DNA of 64,000 nucleotides from Porphyridium purpureum (Eukaryota): contig VRMN01000004.1 of assembly GCA_008690995.1 (NCBI GenBank), positions 186,001-250,000 on the forward strand, given 5' to 3'. A program made the translations under genes and the position numbers. This document shows positions 40,975 through 50,987 of the stretch, piece by piece. The notes under the pieces were generated by a model. It was not told the origin of the DNA. It saw only the letters and a program-made list of their open reading frames with translations, and searched no databases. Each line of letters starts with the position of its first letter. Positions within the stretch are counted from its first letter, which is position 1.

Positions 40975-43020
40975 ATGATCGTGTTGCTGTGTGCTGCGCC
41001 TGGACGGCTTTCGCTTTTGTTGCTACTGTTGGCGTGCGGCAGTCTGCGCGCGCTGCAGGCTGGGATTGTCACACGGAACGTAGATCATCCAGTTGATGGC
41101 GCAGACAGCGATCGCACGTTTGTTGAGGCCGTGTCGCATCAGCTTCCGCGCGCGTGGGCCGTGGTGCAGAGAGAGCAAGGCTTGCACACATTCAAACATG
41201 TATTGAAGGATGAGTTCTACCGGCTATCTCGAGGCAATCGCGCAGCGTGGACTGCGCGGAACCGCATGTACACAGTGAATGCGAGTGCTGACCGCGACTC
41301 GGATTCGCCGGGGTCGTCGCCGTCGACGTCGTCGGCCATCATCCCGCACGCCATGCTGTGGGCCGCGGAGAAGGCGCTGAGTGAGCCGCTGGTGTTGCAC
41401 GTCGTGCTCAAGATGCTCTTTGCCAGCAAGCAGGAGCTCGCAGCTGCCGAGCGTTGGGCAGACTCATTCGCGGCAGAGCAGGCGAAGGAATGCTCAGGTG
41501 GCCAGGTATCACCGTGTTTTCACGTGACGTACCAGGTCGTCTCAGGTTCAAGTGTTTCTCAGCAACGCTTTGAAAGCCTGCTCAAAGACACGCGAGAGCT
41601 CATGGCGCTGCTCCGGCATGATTACACATTTTCGTTTCCGTCGGCAGGCAGGTTTGTAGTGTACGTGTGGGACGCCTGTCAACGCGAATCTGCACAGCGA
41701 GCCCGGATAGTTAGCCCGCTGCTCAGTATTCATCGATTTGCGCTGCTACCGTTGTGCACCGGAGTCGCGCAAGGGGGGGAAAAGGGTAAACTTTTACTCG
41801 ACGAAGCGGACCGCGCTGTGCGCACTTTGCTTTTTCCGCCACAGAGCAATGCTAGTGTGCGTTCCTTCAAGTTTCCTCTCGCAGCACACGTACAGCTGCA
41901 CATCACGCCGCACATTGGGCCCAGTGTGGGCTCGGGTGGGGCCGGCGCCGGATGGGTGGCAAAGCTGAACCGCGCCAAGTTGGCTGAGAAGATTTCTAGC
42001 GCAGCGCTCGCGCAGCAAGAAGTATCAGTAACTATCAGCGATCCGTCTGAAGGCTGCGAGGTCTGCTTGGTGGGAGTTGGGATGGCCACGCGAGTCGACC
42101 GACTCCAGAATGGCGAGTTGAGCTGGAGCCTGGATGCGCGCGTTCTGCAAGAGTTTTTCGAGGCACGGAGTGTGTCAGGCGAGCTAGACATTAGGGGCGT
42201 GGTGAAGGCAAAAGGCAGCAAGCTTTTCGACACGACCTGGAGAGCAGATTCGAGCTTGCAGGAGCAACGCCTGATTAGCGCCAGGGAGCAGATTCAAGTT
42301 TTTGTGATGGAATCGGGTGAGCACATGCTGCCGCTTCGCGACGAACACGGGCATGAGTTGTCCATGCTGGTGGGCTCACGCTTTGCAATTGTGCTACACT
42401 TCCCGGGCGAGCACGTGCAGCGCTTGGAGCGGCGCGTTGTGCTCGCGGTGGCGGCGTCGCAGTTTGCTCTTGAATATGGCGTCATTGACGTGCTAGGGAA
42501 TACCAACGCGGGTTCGAAGGAGGTCTTTGAGCAGAGTGAGCTGATCCCTGGGGCTATTCTGCGCGTGCATGCCGTGCTGATTGTTGTACGTGCCATCTTG
42601 CGCCGTTGCCTGGTGTCCACTATGCGCAATCTCGGCGCGGTGTGCCGACATGGCGTGGAGCTCCAGAACGTTCTCACGCGAGCTGAGTTTGAAGAGTACA
42701 CACAAAGAATGAATCTGCTGCTGTACAAAGCGCGTCTGGTGCGACAGGGTGTACAAGAGTCGTCGCTTGACGCGGCGCTGCTTCTTGCGTGTTCCGCAGT
42801 GCATGATGCGGATGCCATAGAGCAAATTTTACGCATCGATGCCATGCGCGACGCGCACTCACTGCTGCAGGCGGCCAGTTCTCGGACGCGTAATGCTGGA
42901 AACTTCGGGCATCCCAGACTCGGCTCGATCGCTGTCGTGGTCTTAATGATCGCCTTTAGCATTTGTGTGGGCGCAGCAGGAGTTTGGGTACGACGGAGAC
43001 GAAAGCGCAAAGCAGAGTGA
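40975..43020 (+). CDS. Type I membrane protein resembling an uncharacterised plant family (At3g28720-like, from recall)
   Basis: Signal peptide (start 40975, or 40936). EFEEYTQRMNLLLYK...LDAALLLACSAVHDADAI recalls that family. C-terminal TM followed by RRRRKRK. Confidence 0.65.
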   Translation: MIVLLCAAPGRLSLLLLLLACGSLRALQAGIVTRNVDHPVDGADSDRTFVEAVSHQLPRAWAVVQREQGLHTFKHVLKDEFYRLSRGNRAAWTARNRMYTVNASADRDSDSPGSSPSTSSAIIPHAMLWAAEKALSEPLVLHVVLKMLFASKQELAAAERWADSFAAEQAKECSGGQVSPCFHVTYQVVSGSSVSQQRFESLLKDTRELMALLRHDYTFSFPSAGRFVVYVWDACQRESAQRARIVSPLLSIHRFALLPLCTGVAQGGEKGKLLLDEADRAVRTLLFPPQSNASVRSFKFPLAAHVQLHITPHIGPSVGSGGAGAGWVAKLNRAKLAEKISSAALAQQEVSVTISDPSEGCEVCLVGVGMATRVDRLQNGELSWSLDARVLQEFFEARSVSGELDIRGVVKAKGSKLFDTTWRADSSLQEQRLISAREQIQVFVMESGEHMLPLRDEHGHELSMLVGSRFAIVLHFPGEHVQRLERRVVLAVAASQFALEYGVIDVLGNTNAGSKEVFEQSELIPGAILRVHAVLIVVRAILRRCLVSTMRNLGAVCRHGVELQNVLTRAEFEEYTQRMNLLLYKARLVRQGVQESSLDAALLLACSAVHDADAIEQILRIDAMRDAHSLLQAASSRTRNAGNFGHPRLGSIAVVVLMIAFSICVGAAGVWVRRRRKRKAE

Positions 43021-43373
43021 AATGAAGCAATGTGGGTAATGGCGTGGCGACTTTGATCTCAGTCGCGTGTTTTGCAATGAAGCGAGCTAGATAGGGCAAA
43101 AAATGATGAGCAGGAGGAGGGTATAGGAAGCGCGATCCGCACATTGACACACATACACACACACACACACACACGCACATACATACTTCCGAAATAAACA
43201 AGGGCATCAACAAAAACATTTCTGACCCGAAAGGACTCGTGATAATTTTAGCCTTATGTGATCTTCTTCGTTTCGAGCACACGAAACCAGAGAGCCCTCT
43301 CATTGTCTATGAGCACAGATCATCCAAACGACGCCTTTCGCCACCCACATTCCCCTTCCGAGCCAGCAGATCC

Positions 43374-44168
43374 TTACAATTTCAAAAGATGCGGTTTGAG
43401 AAGGGACGTCATTTTGAATCCGTCGATCGTTTCCTTGGAGCCGGTGATTTTGGCCAGCTTGGCATCCGGCTTGATCATGCGTCCGTCTTGGAGCTTGTGA
43501 TTTTTGGCGTACGTCCACAGCGCCTTGACGACTTCTGGGCGGGACATGACCGTCGTGCCGCACAAATCCTTCAGCTCGGCACTCAGCTTGTACTCCTGAT
43601 AAATGCCCGTCTTCTCGGCCTTTGCCTTTTCAAGAGCCGATGTATCGCGCTTCTTCTTCGCAGGCTTCTTCCCCTTTGCGTCTGGTTCGGCTGCAGCTTT
43701 CTGGCTCTCCATCGACGCGCGCAACAGTTCTGCTTGCTTCTTCTGCGCCGGGTTGCCATGCGTCTCCACGTCGTGCAGCAGCGGGGTCACATACTTATTG
43801 ATCTGCAGGAACATCATGCGATCTGCGCCCAGCAAACTCTTGAGCTCGGCGTTGCACGTGAACTCGCGGCGGTTGGCCGGGTCTTGCAGGCCTTTCGCCT
43901 TGGCGTAGTTGCTGATCGCCTTGATGGAAGCGCTCCTCGTGGCCACGCGCTCGATCCCTGCCAGTTTCGCCAAGCGATCGTCGACCAAGTACACCTTCTC
44001 GGCGCGCATGACCGTGGCCGAGGCGTGAAACGCGCGCGCGCCCGCGTCCGACGCGCGCGGCGCGGCGAGCGCACCGAACAGGTACGATCCGCTTGCCCTT
44101 CCACCAGGTCGCGCCACTTGCGCCCACGCGCCCATCACCACACTCGCCCTCGCGCGCAGCGCCGCCAT
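43374..44168 (-). CDS. Organelle-targeted tandem SWIB/MDM2-domain protein
   Basis: ATG at 44168 and presequence ending RAFHASATVMR. SWIB1 TRSASIKAISNYAKAKGLQDPANRREFTCNAELK; SWIB2 SRPEVVKALWTYAKNHKLQDGRMIKPDAKL...LLKPHL. Confidence 0.88.
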   Translation of the reverse strand: MAALRARASVVMGAWAQVARPGGRASGSYLFGALAAPRASDAGARAFHASATVMRAEKVYLVDDRLAKLAGIERVATRSASIKAISNYAKAKGLQDPANRREFTCNAELKSLLGADRMMFLQINKYVTPLLHDVETHGNPAQKKQAELLRASMESQKAAAEPDAKGKKPAKKKRDTSALEKAKAEKTGIYQEYKLSAELKDLCGTTVMSRPEVVKALWTYAKNHKLQDGRMIKPDAKLAKITGSKETIDGFKMTSLLKPHLLKL

Positions 44169-44810
44169 TCTGCTTGCACGCCGGGGCCCGATCTCCGCAC
44201 GCCGCCGCGCCGCGCCCGCCCGTCCGCCCTCGTTCCCAGTCCCGCGGGGCGCTGCCTCAATCCACCCAGTTCCGTGCGCAATCCCAAAGGCGTACATCCC
44301 TTTCCCCTCTTCCCGCACACCGCCCATCCACCCAACCCCCTCCCCCTCCTTTGCACACAACTTCACCTCCACACCAAACGCCGCCCCTCCCTCTTTTTTA
44401 ATCTTCTGTTCCCTTCTTGACGCCGCTCTAAACCGAAAAAACCAAAACAAAAAAAAAAGGAACCAAACCCAAAACCAAACCCAAAACCCTCGCTTTCGGT
44501 TCGTCCTTCTACCGCGCCGCTCCGACATCATCAAAATACTCCACACCAAAAATGGGCGCACCGCAATGAAGACGCGTTTCTCGCGAGGGATTACGAGGGA
44601 ATGCCGGAACGCGACGCCCATCCTCATACGCTACCACTGAAACGCGCGCTTATGGCGACGCATTGCAGAGTAATGCGACATGACTAGGCCAGGCGGTGGG
44701 GGTAGGCTTTTTCAGGTGTACGGTTGTTAAGGACAGTGCGAGTTCAGTTGGCGAGGCGGGGTTAGACTGTACTTTTCTTGAGGGAACGGTGCGGGCGGGT
44801 TGGCGGGTTT

Positions 44811-45503
44811 TCATAGGAGGAATTCGCCGGGTGGAATGTTGGGATCGATGTTGAGCACCATGGCGGTGATGCCGTCTGGGTCGGGCACAAAGTCGAGCTT
44901 CTGGAAGAGCGCGATGTCCTTCTCCGGCGAAATGAGAGCGACGCTGCAGCCAGGTAGGCCCGAGCGGATTTCGCGCAGCAGGTACGACACCACGTTCTGC
45001 TGCAGCGCTGCTGGGTTGGGCAGCGCCGGGTCGACCACCACGTCCCAGATGGTCGCATTGAGCGACATGTCTGACGTGGCGCGCGCAAAGCCGGCCAGTG
45101 AGCCGTCGCTGAAGAGCTTCGCGCTCACCACGCAGTACGAGTGCTTGATCGCAATCTTCCACCGCTCCGGGTCGCGCGGCTTCTTCCCGGCGCGCTCGAA
45201 CAGCCCGTTGATCTCTTCCGGCGTCACATCCGACTTGCGGGACGACACAACGCACCGCTGCGACTTGAGCTTGCCCACATTCGGACGCTCCATCGCCGCC
45301 TCATTTGCATTTTCTTGCGCGGTCATCCTGCACTTCCGCGCGCGCCGCGGCTGCGCGCTCAACCCGGCCCGCTGCGCGCCCTCCGCGCCGCGCCGTTTCC
45401 GCCGCGCCAACCGCGCTTCACACTGCTGACATTCGTACACACGCCCCGACGCCCACGCTCTTCCGCCACTCTCCGCGCCGCTCCACACGACATACGCCGC
45501 CAT
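44811..45503 (-). CDS. Plastid GNAT acetyltransferase, NSI/SNAT/Ycf52 family
   Basis: MAAYVV transit peptide; RDPERWKIAIKHS, LAGFARATSDMSLNATIWDVVVDP, FVPDPDGITAM. Confidence 0.85.
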   Translation of the reverse strand: MAAYVVWSGAESGGRAWASGRVYECQQCEARLARRKRRGAEGAQRAGLSAQPRRARKCRMTAQENANEAAMERPNVGKLKSQRCVVSSRKSDVTPEEINGLFERAGKKPRDPERWKIAIKHSYCVVSAKLFSDGSLAGFARATSDMSLNATIWDVVVDPALPNPAALQQNVVSYLLREIRSGLPGCSVALISPEKDIALFQKLDFVPDPDGITAMVLNIDPNIPPGEFLL

Positions 45504-45908
45504 CCTCTCTGCCTTCTCCCCACAATCCATTGAGCCTCACTCACTCCCGACATCCAAGCTGCGCGCGCGTCATCAATCTCCCTGCCGCCTTCTTTCCGGC
45601 TGCAAGCCGCAGCTCCATCTCCGCATGGCTTATTACTGTACACCCCTCAGAATGGGGTGTTTTGCTAGACATATTTCGATTAGGGTTCAACGCGCGTCGC
45701 CTTGTCGGCGCGGGGACACCGATGCGCTTGTTTGCACCAGAGGAGGGGATGTATTGACGACAAAAGGTCGGGTCTTGTGGATACGCGGTGGCCGGATTGA
45801 CACCTCGAGTCCAGACCAGCGTTCACGCGACGTCCGCAGCACGCCGTGTTTGGGCGCCATCCTCCGCGCACGTGGCCGTGTTGGAAGCAAAGGATCCCTC
45901 GGACCAAG

Positions 45909-46517
45909 ATGGACGCGTGTTTTGTGGCCGGGACTCCAGTAGGGCGGACGTTGCGCGCGACCGCTCGAGATGCGTTTTGCATGGGATCGCGGCGTTGTTT
46001 GATCGTGGCGGCGAAACGAACGCGCGGCACGTGCAGTATGCACAGGGCGGCGCGCACAGTCACGCGCCTTGATATGTCATCCGGCTCGGCAGAGCTGACC
46101 GAGCTGGAGGAGGTCTTTAATGCAGGCGGGAAGCGGATTGCAAAGTATAGCATCAAAGTCACCGTGCCCGGAGAGACCAATCTCGAGATCTACAAAAGCA
46201 CGCTCAGGTCAGCGAAGCAGTCCGCCGACTTCAAGGGCTTTAGGAAGGGCACAATTCCGCCATTTATGATGAAGGAAATCGAGGTTTTCGCCATGCAGGA
46301 GTGTCTGAATGCGGCGCTGGATCGCGCGGTGGAGGAGAACCAGCTCATGTACCTCGAAGGTGAGGCAGCTATGCCGGAACTCAAACCGCCGTTCGACGAG
46401 CTCAGAAAGACCTTCAAGGTGGGCGAGCCGTTCAGTTTCGAGGCACACATTTCGCTGCAAACCCGTGACGCAGAGGATTCAGAAACGGACGACGTGACCG
46501 ATATTCAAGCAGAATAG
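45909..46517 (+). CDS. Plastid trigger-factor-like protein, ribosome-binding N-domain only
   Basis: MDACFVAG transit peptide; signature FKGFRKGTIP, FKVGEPFSFEAHI. No PPIase or C-domain follows. Confidence 0.8.
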   Translation: MDACFVAGTPVGRTLRATARDAFCMGSRRCLIVAAKRTRGTCSMHRAARTVTRLDMSSGSAELTELEEVFNAGGKRIAKYSIKVTVPGETNLEIYKSTLRSAKQSADFKGFRKGTIPPFMMKEIEVFAMQECLNAALDRAVEENQLMYLEGEAAMPELKPPFDELRKTFKVGEPFSFEAHISLQTRDAEDSETDDVTDIQAE

Positions 46518-46637
46518 GTAGATGCTTACGTCGTAGTAGCTCGGATCAAAAGCTTTCAATTCAAGCTGTTTAATAATATTCACAAGAACGTGCCGATACG
46601 CTTTCGCGGAATTTTCTTTTCGCCGCTGGCCTAGAAC

Positions 46638-47957
46638 TCACTTCTTAGCCTTCATCTTGAGCGTCTCTGACAGAAAGTGGCGCAAAGGCCCCATTCTGCC
46701 TAGGCTCTTGTTCCGCTCCACGCCCTCGGGTTGAAACACGGGCCCAGACGAGCGCGCCGATTCCCGCAGCCCTCTGGCAGGCGAGCTCATGCGTCGCTCG
46801 CGCACTGTGATCTTGCCCTCAGTGATTCCTCGCCCTGCACGGGCCTGCAGCGCTTCAATGGACGCCTGGCTTGTGCGCTTCATCGATGGCCGATCCCCAC
46901 GAATGCGCTTCGTGCCATCTGACGTCACTTCCTCCGGATCGCTATCAACATCCGGCTGCATCTCGAGCGGCTTGGGTGCCATCGTCAGGTCGCCCGTTCT
47001 ACTGAACCCCGGCCCTTGATTGAAACTCGCGTGGCGTGAGCTGATCAGCACGTAACCCGAGCGGCGAACGCTTTGGCTTCGCGAAGGCCCGCCGCTGCCG
47101 TTTTTTGGCGCGGAGTCGTTTCGGCCTCCCATCGAATCCGGTTCCTCCAGTGCATAGTTTGACGTGAGCTTGAAGCTGCCGCTGGGTGTCGTCGGGCCGC
47201 TGCGCCCCGCGATGCCGGGGGTGCCAAACGACATCGCGCGAGGACCGGCGCTGAGCCGCTGGTCGCTCCCGGTCGAGCGTTGACTCTTTGGAGTGTGGAT
47301 ATCCGCCGCAAAGTGCGCAAGGTCATCGTCCGGATGCGCGTCAAAGCGCAAGGGCTCAACTGCGTTCGCAGGGTTGCATTCGTCATCCTCGTCGCCGTCC
47401 TCAAATCTCCGTTCATCGTTGGGCTCCATCGGCGTCAGCAGCGGCGACATGGAATCGATCACCACCGTGCCCATGCTTGAGTTGGACGCGGTTAGCACCG
47501 ATAGCGCCGCCGTGCCTTCTAACGTCGCACTCTGACTTCGCCCGTTTGAGACCGCCAAGTCTTCGTCACTGACGTGCACAGAGGAAATCATCATCAAAGG
47601 CGTCTGCGGCGGGCTCGCCGAGCTCGACCGCATTGTCCGACTCTCGATCTCGACAAACTTGGGAGACAGCGGCTTGAAAATCGAGCCGGGTGCTTGAATG
47701 ATCCGCGTCGGAACAGGCGACATGTCTTCCTCGGGGTGCTCCTGCCTCGGTCGTGGTTGAACTTTTCTTTCATGTTCTTGGTGTCGCTGGTCCTGCTTGT
47801 GCGGCTCGTTTCGAGGCTGTTGCTTCAGTTGCTGCGCCGCCTGTTGCTGCGTCTGCGGCTGCTTCTGCGGCTGCTTCTGCGGCTGTTTCTGCGGCTGTTT
47901 CTGCGGCTGCTTTTGTGGCTGCTGCCCCATCCGGGGTTGCTTAGTACTACTATTCAT
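46638..47957 (-). CDS. Hypothetical low-complexity, probably disordered protein with (QPQK)n
   Basis: Long ATG-initiated ORF (MNSSTKQ), S/P/R-rich, convergent with the neighbour. No family recognised. Confidence 0.6.
   Translation of the reverse strand: MNSSTKQPRMGQQPQKQPQKQPQKQPQKQPQKQPQTQQQAAQQLKQQPRNEPHKQDQRHQEHERKVQPRPRQEHPEEDMSPVPTRIIQAPGSIFKPLSPKFVEIESRTMRSSSASPPQTPLMMISSVHVSDEDLAVSNGRSQSATLEGTAALSVLTASNSSMGTVVIDSMSPLLTPMEPNDERRFEDGDEDDECNPANAVEPLRFDAHPDDDLAHFAADIHTPKSQRSTGSDQRLSAGPRAMSFGTPGIAGRSGPTTPSGSFKLTSNYALEEPDSMGGRNDSAPKNGSGGPSRSQSVRRSGYVLISSRHASFNQGPGFSRTGDLTMAPKPLEMQPDVDSDPEEVTSDGTKRIRGDRPSMKRTSQASIEALQARAGRGITEGKITVRERRMSSPARGLRESARSSGPVFQPEGVERNKSLGRMGPLRHFLSETLKMKAKK
47853..47924. 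repeat. 12-bp coding minisatellite, 6 units (CTGCGGCTGYTT)
   Basis: Units start at 47853, 47865, 47877, 47889, 47901 and 47913 (last one degenerate). Encodes QPQK on the minus strand. Confidence 0.95.
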
Positions 47958-49547
47958 ACGAGCGCGATCACTATCAAATCTGCTACACACGTGCACGTAC
48001 GCGTATTTATCCTACCTGGTTCACCACGTTCAACGCCCTTCTCGTCATGCGCACCACACGACACCCGCTTCCCACTTCTCAGCACGGTTTCACCGCGCGT
48101 GTCCTCGGTCGAGACTGAATCCCCCGCTTGCTCACGGCAGTTTCCACTCCTGCAGAACCCCTCGCCCTTCGCCACACACACAGACCGACTCACAGACGCA
48201 CGCGCGCGCGCGACAAGCCGGCACGCGCTCGAGTCGCACTCTGGCCACTTCGCCAATAACCGCAGCGGAACGTGTACCAATGTGATCCCGTCTCACAGCG
48301 ACCACATAACCCCCCTCCTCGCTCTCTCACCTCAACGCAAGCACCAAACCCCGTGTCCCGCGCAACGTCAGCATCCAGCTGTCAAGCCACGCCACCGCTC
48401 CAACCCGACAACCCTTGCGTCCAGCCCTGTCTCCCACCCCCGGCACTCACCACACGCCGAATCTTGACCAGCCGCCGACAAAATTAGCGCGAGCGGCTGC
48501 AAGCCTGCTGCGCAACCCCGCTCGCCAGCACCACGATCCCCGCGCAACACCGCGAACCACTCCACACACCCAAACACCAACCCATCAACGTGGACGCGTC
48601 CACGCCTCCGAATCAGCCCGCGCCTTTGTCTCTCTCTTTCTGTCCCCCCTCTTTTTCCACACAACCCTCACTCCCCTCTTTCTCCCACCTCTTTCTGTTT
48701 TTTCTGCTCTCTTTTTTTTGTCTCTGTGTCCATTTCTGTATGATTTTTAAGGGGGATTCTGTTATGGAAAATGCAGCTAGCTCACATACCGCAGCCAACA
48801 TCTCCGGTGTTCTTTGCCTAGCAAAACAGCGCTTCAACACAAACACAAGTCAACCACACACGCATAGAGAACAAGAAACATACAACACTGCAAAAGCTGA
48901 GCCGTCTACACTGATCCCCTCCCTCCTCCGTTCAAAAAAAACACCAGAAAAAAGGACCACGAAAAGTCGTGGTGTGTTCGAAATTGGGCGTGTTTGCAGG
49001 CTTTGGCTTTTTGGACGCGCCAGTGCGTCACGCGTCCCCGTTGTGCGACGCGTGCGCGCAGCAGCAGAATTCAAACGGAGATGACGTGGCTGCGGTTTCG
49101 CGGTGCACGAGCGGCGTGCGGCAGGGCTGACACTGTACTTCGGCGCTGTAATGCACCATTGTCGTGCGCGTGAGACCGAGCGCGAGGGTGGAACTGGCTG
49201 GCGTGATTGTGGTCGCGAGGGGCTGTGTGAACAAGGTCATGCGTTCGCATGGTGTCTGTGAGTTAGTGACGGTGGTGGACTGGACAACGCAGCGCAGCCG
49301 TGCCGCGCGCGTCGCTGCGTTTGACGTGACCAAGATGGCGATGGTGCGCCCATGCGCGCGCTACATCATCGGGATGTCGCTCGGACGAGGACACTCAAGG
49401 AAGAGCGAAAGAACTGGCAGAAGCGGGTCTCGAATGCGCGAGCTGTCCTGTCCGTCCGCGACAAGCCCAATCTGCGGCATCACAATGACACAAAAGTCCT
49501 CACGTGCGGAAGACCGGAAAGGGAACAATGCGCAGGGCGTGTTCTGT

Positions 49548-49564
49548 GTACAGTCGCACTGTAC
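49548..49564. promoter_or_regulatory. Palindrome GTACAGT-CGC-ACTGTAC upstream of GLTP
   Basis: Perfect 7-bp arms with a 3-nt spacer; the same architecture occurs at 27577. Regulatory role is inferred. Confidence 0.6.
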
Positions 49565-49937
49565 TTTTAATCTCAGCGGCCCTTCCACGCACCGCGGCGC
49601 GCACGAGATTTCGAGATTCCCGCGCCGCTTCCTGACGATTGGTGTGTCGCGGCCGTGCGGACATTCCACTCCCGGCTCAAAGAGGAAGCGCCGCCGCTCC
49701 ACACGCCAGCCAGCCGAACCGGCCCAGCCACCTCCCTCACCTTCTTGCGCATGGGTACTTAAAACGAGCAACGTGCCGCAGGTCGGACAGACTCAAGACA
49801 GCCCACGGGACGATTTGGGAAGGAGCCGAGGCACGCGCGAATACACAGAGGCAAGGAGATAGAGCGTGGGTGCGGTTCATGGATATCTCATTGTTTCACA
49901 TTGTCGAGCAGAGCAGCTGCCTACTGTGCGCCAAACC

Positions 49938-50987
49938 ATGTGGGGCTTAATAGTAGCTGGACTGGTTGTCCTGGGGCTGACCCGGAGACAGCGAAAAGAA
50001 GTGCACAAAGGCATGGGACAACATCCTGCGCAATCAAGCACGACAGTTGGGCAGGCGTCAAAAAGTACATTACCCGGGTTGGCGATGTGCATTGACATGA
50101 TCTCGCCCGTCACGACGCCGCCGAGCTCGCCCACGAAGGTGTTCGACCGCCCTGGTGCTGATGAAAACGACATACGCTCAGTCTCGTTGGGATCAGATCC
50201 TGGCACGCCTGACGCTGCGTCCATGATTTCCGAAGAAGAAGACTGTGGGGAGCGTGTGGATCATTTTATTATTATGGCCGAGTCCTGGGGTTCCAGTCGT
50301 ATGTGGGTGGATGACAAAGGAACCGACATTGATCTGGCCGTTTTCTGTGACGCCATTGTTTCATCCTTGGGCATCTTTGACTATCTGCTGAGCGCGCGCG
50401 GTAGTTTTCTAAAGGAAAGAGTCAAGAAGGACTTCCTGAAGCACGTCGCGCGGATTTTGGAACGTTGCGATGCATTCGGGACTTCGCGTATGAGCGAGGT
50501 ATTGAATCATGAAAGCGCAGCCGGCACGGCAGCCATGTGCGAGCCATCGGCAACCGACTCCTTGCTGTGGCTGAAACGCAACTTGCAATTCAATTTGCTC
50601 GCCCTGCGCAACGTGTGCGCGCAAGCATGGTCGCCTCAAAAATCTGGCGTCCGATCAATTTTTGAGCTCGCATACTCACAGACATTGGCCCGGTGCTACA
50701 ATTTCTGGCTCCGCAAGATGATTGGCGCGGCATTATGCCTCATGCCAGAATCCGATGTTGAATTTGTTGAAAAGTGTCTCGGCTACGACACGTTCGGACA
50801 TGGCATCGACTCCATTCTCAAGTTTCTAGCTCCCGCAACACTGGTGACGGACGCCATTGTGGACCATTACAATGCGCATGGTTTGGAGGCCAGAGAATGT
50901 ACACTGCGAGTCCAGTCATCTTCTTGTTCCAGCTGCGCCGTTCAGAGGGAGTACTCGTGGTTTGGAGGATACATCGAGCCGCAATAA
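49938..50987 (+). CDS. Glycolipid transfer protein (GLTP-fold) with N-terminal membrane anchor
   Basis: MWGLIVAGLVVLGL followed by a basic stretch; VKKDF..H, SATDSLLWLKRNLQF, AYSQTLA...FWLRK..GAAL..MP. Confidence 0.82.
   Translation: MWGLIVAGLVVLGLTRRQRKEVHKGMGQHPAQSSTTVGQASKSTLPGLAMCIDMISPVTTPPSSPTKVFDRPGADENDIRSVSLGSDPGTPDAASMISEEEDCGERVDHFIIMAESWGSSRMWVDDKGTDIDLAVFCDAIVSSLGIFDYLLSARGSFLKERVKKDFLKHVARILERCDAFGTSRMSEVLNHESAAGTAAMCEPSATDSLLWLKRNLQFNLLALRNVCAQAWSPQKSGVRSIFELAYSQTLARCYNFWLRKMIGAALCLMPESDVEFVEKCLGYDTFGHGIDSILKFLAPATLVTDAIVDHYNAHGLEARECTLRVQSSSCSSCAVQREYSWFGGYIEPQ

Noticed and set aside
43239..44420. 393-aa plus-strand ORF and other long antisense ORFs (e.g. 42294-43010, 35935-36807, 52871-53602)
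   Set aside because: Shadow ORFs opposite well-supported genes in GC-rich DNA, with no recognisable motifs.
44431..44490. A/C-rich AAACCC-type repeats as interstitial telomere or telo-box
   Set aside because: Irregular, no exact AAACCCTA, and best explained as low-complexity leader sequence.
45909..46517. Trigger factor truncation as a pseudogene or novelty
   Set aside because: The ORF is clean, and N-domain-only plastid trigger-factor-like proteins are known in plants.
47797..48285. Plus-strand ORF with (CGCF)n that looks like a metallothionein
   Set aside because: It is the antisense reading of the QPQK minisatellite in the long minus-strand ORF and has a non-ATG start.
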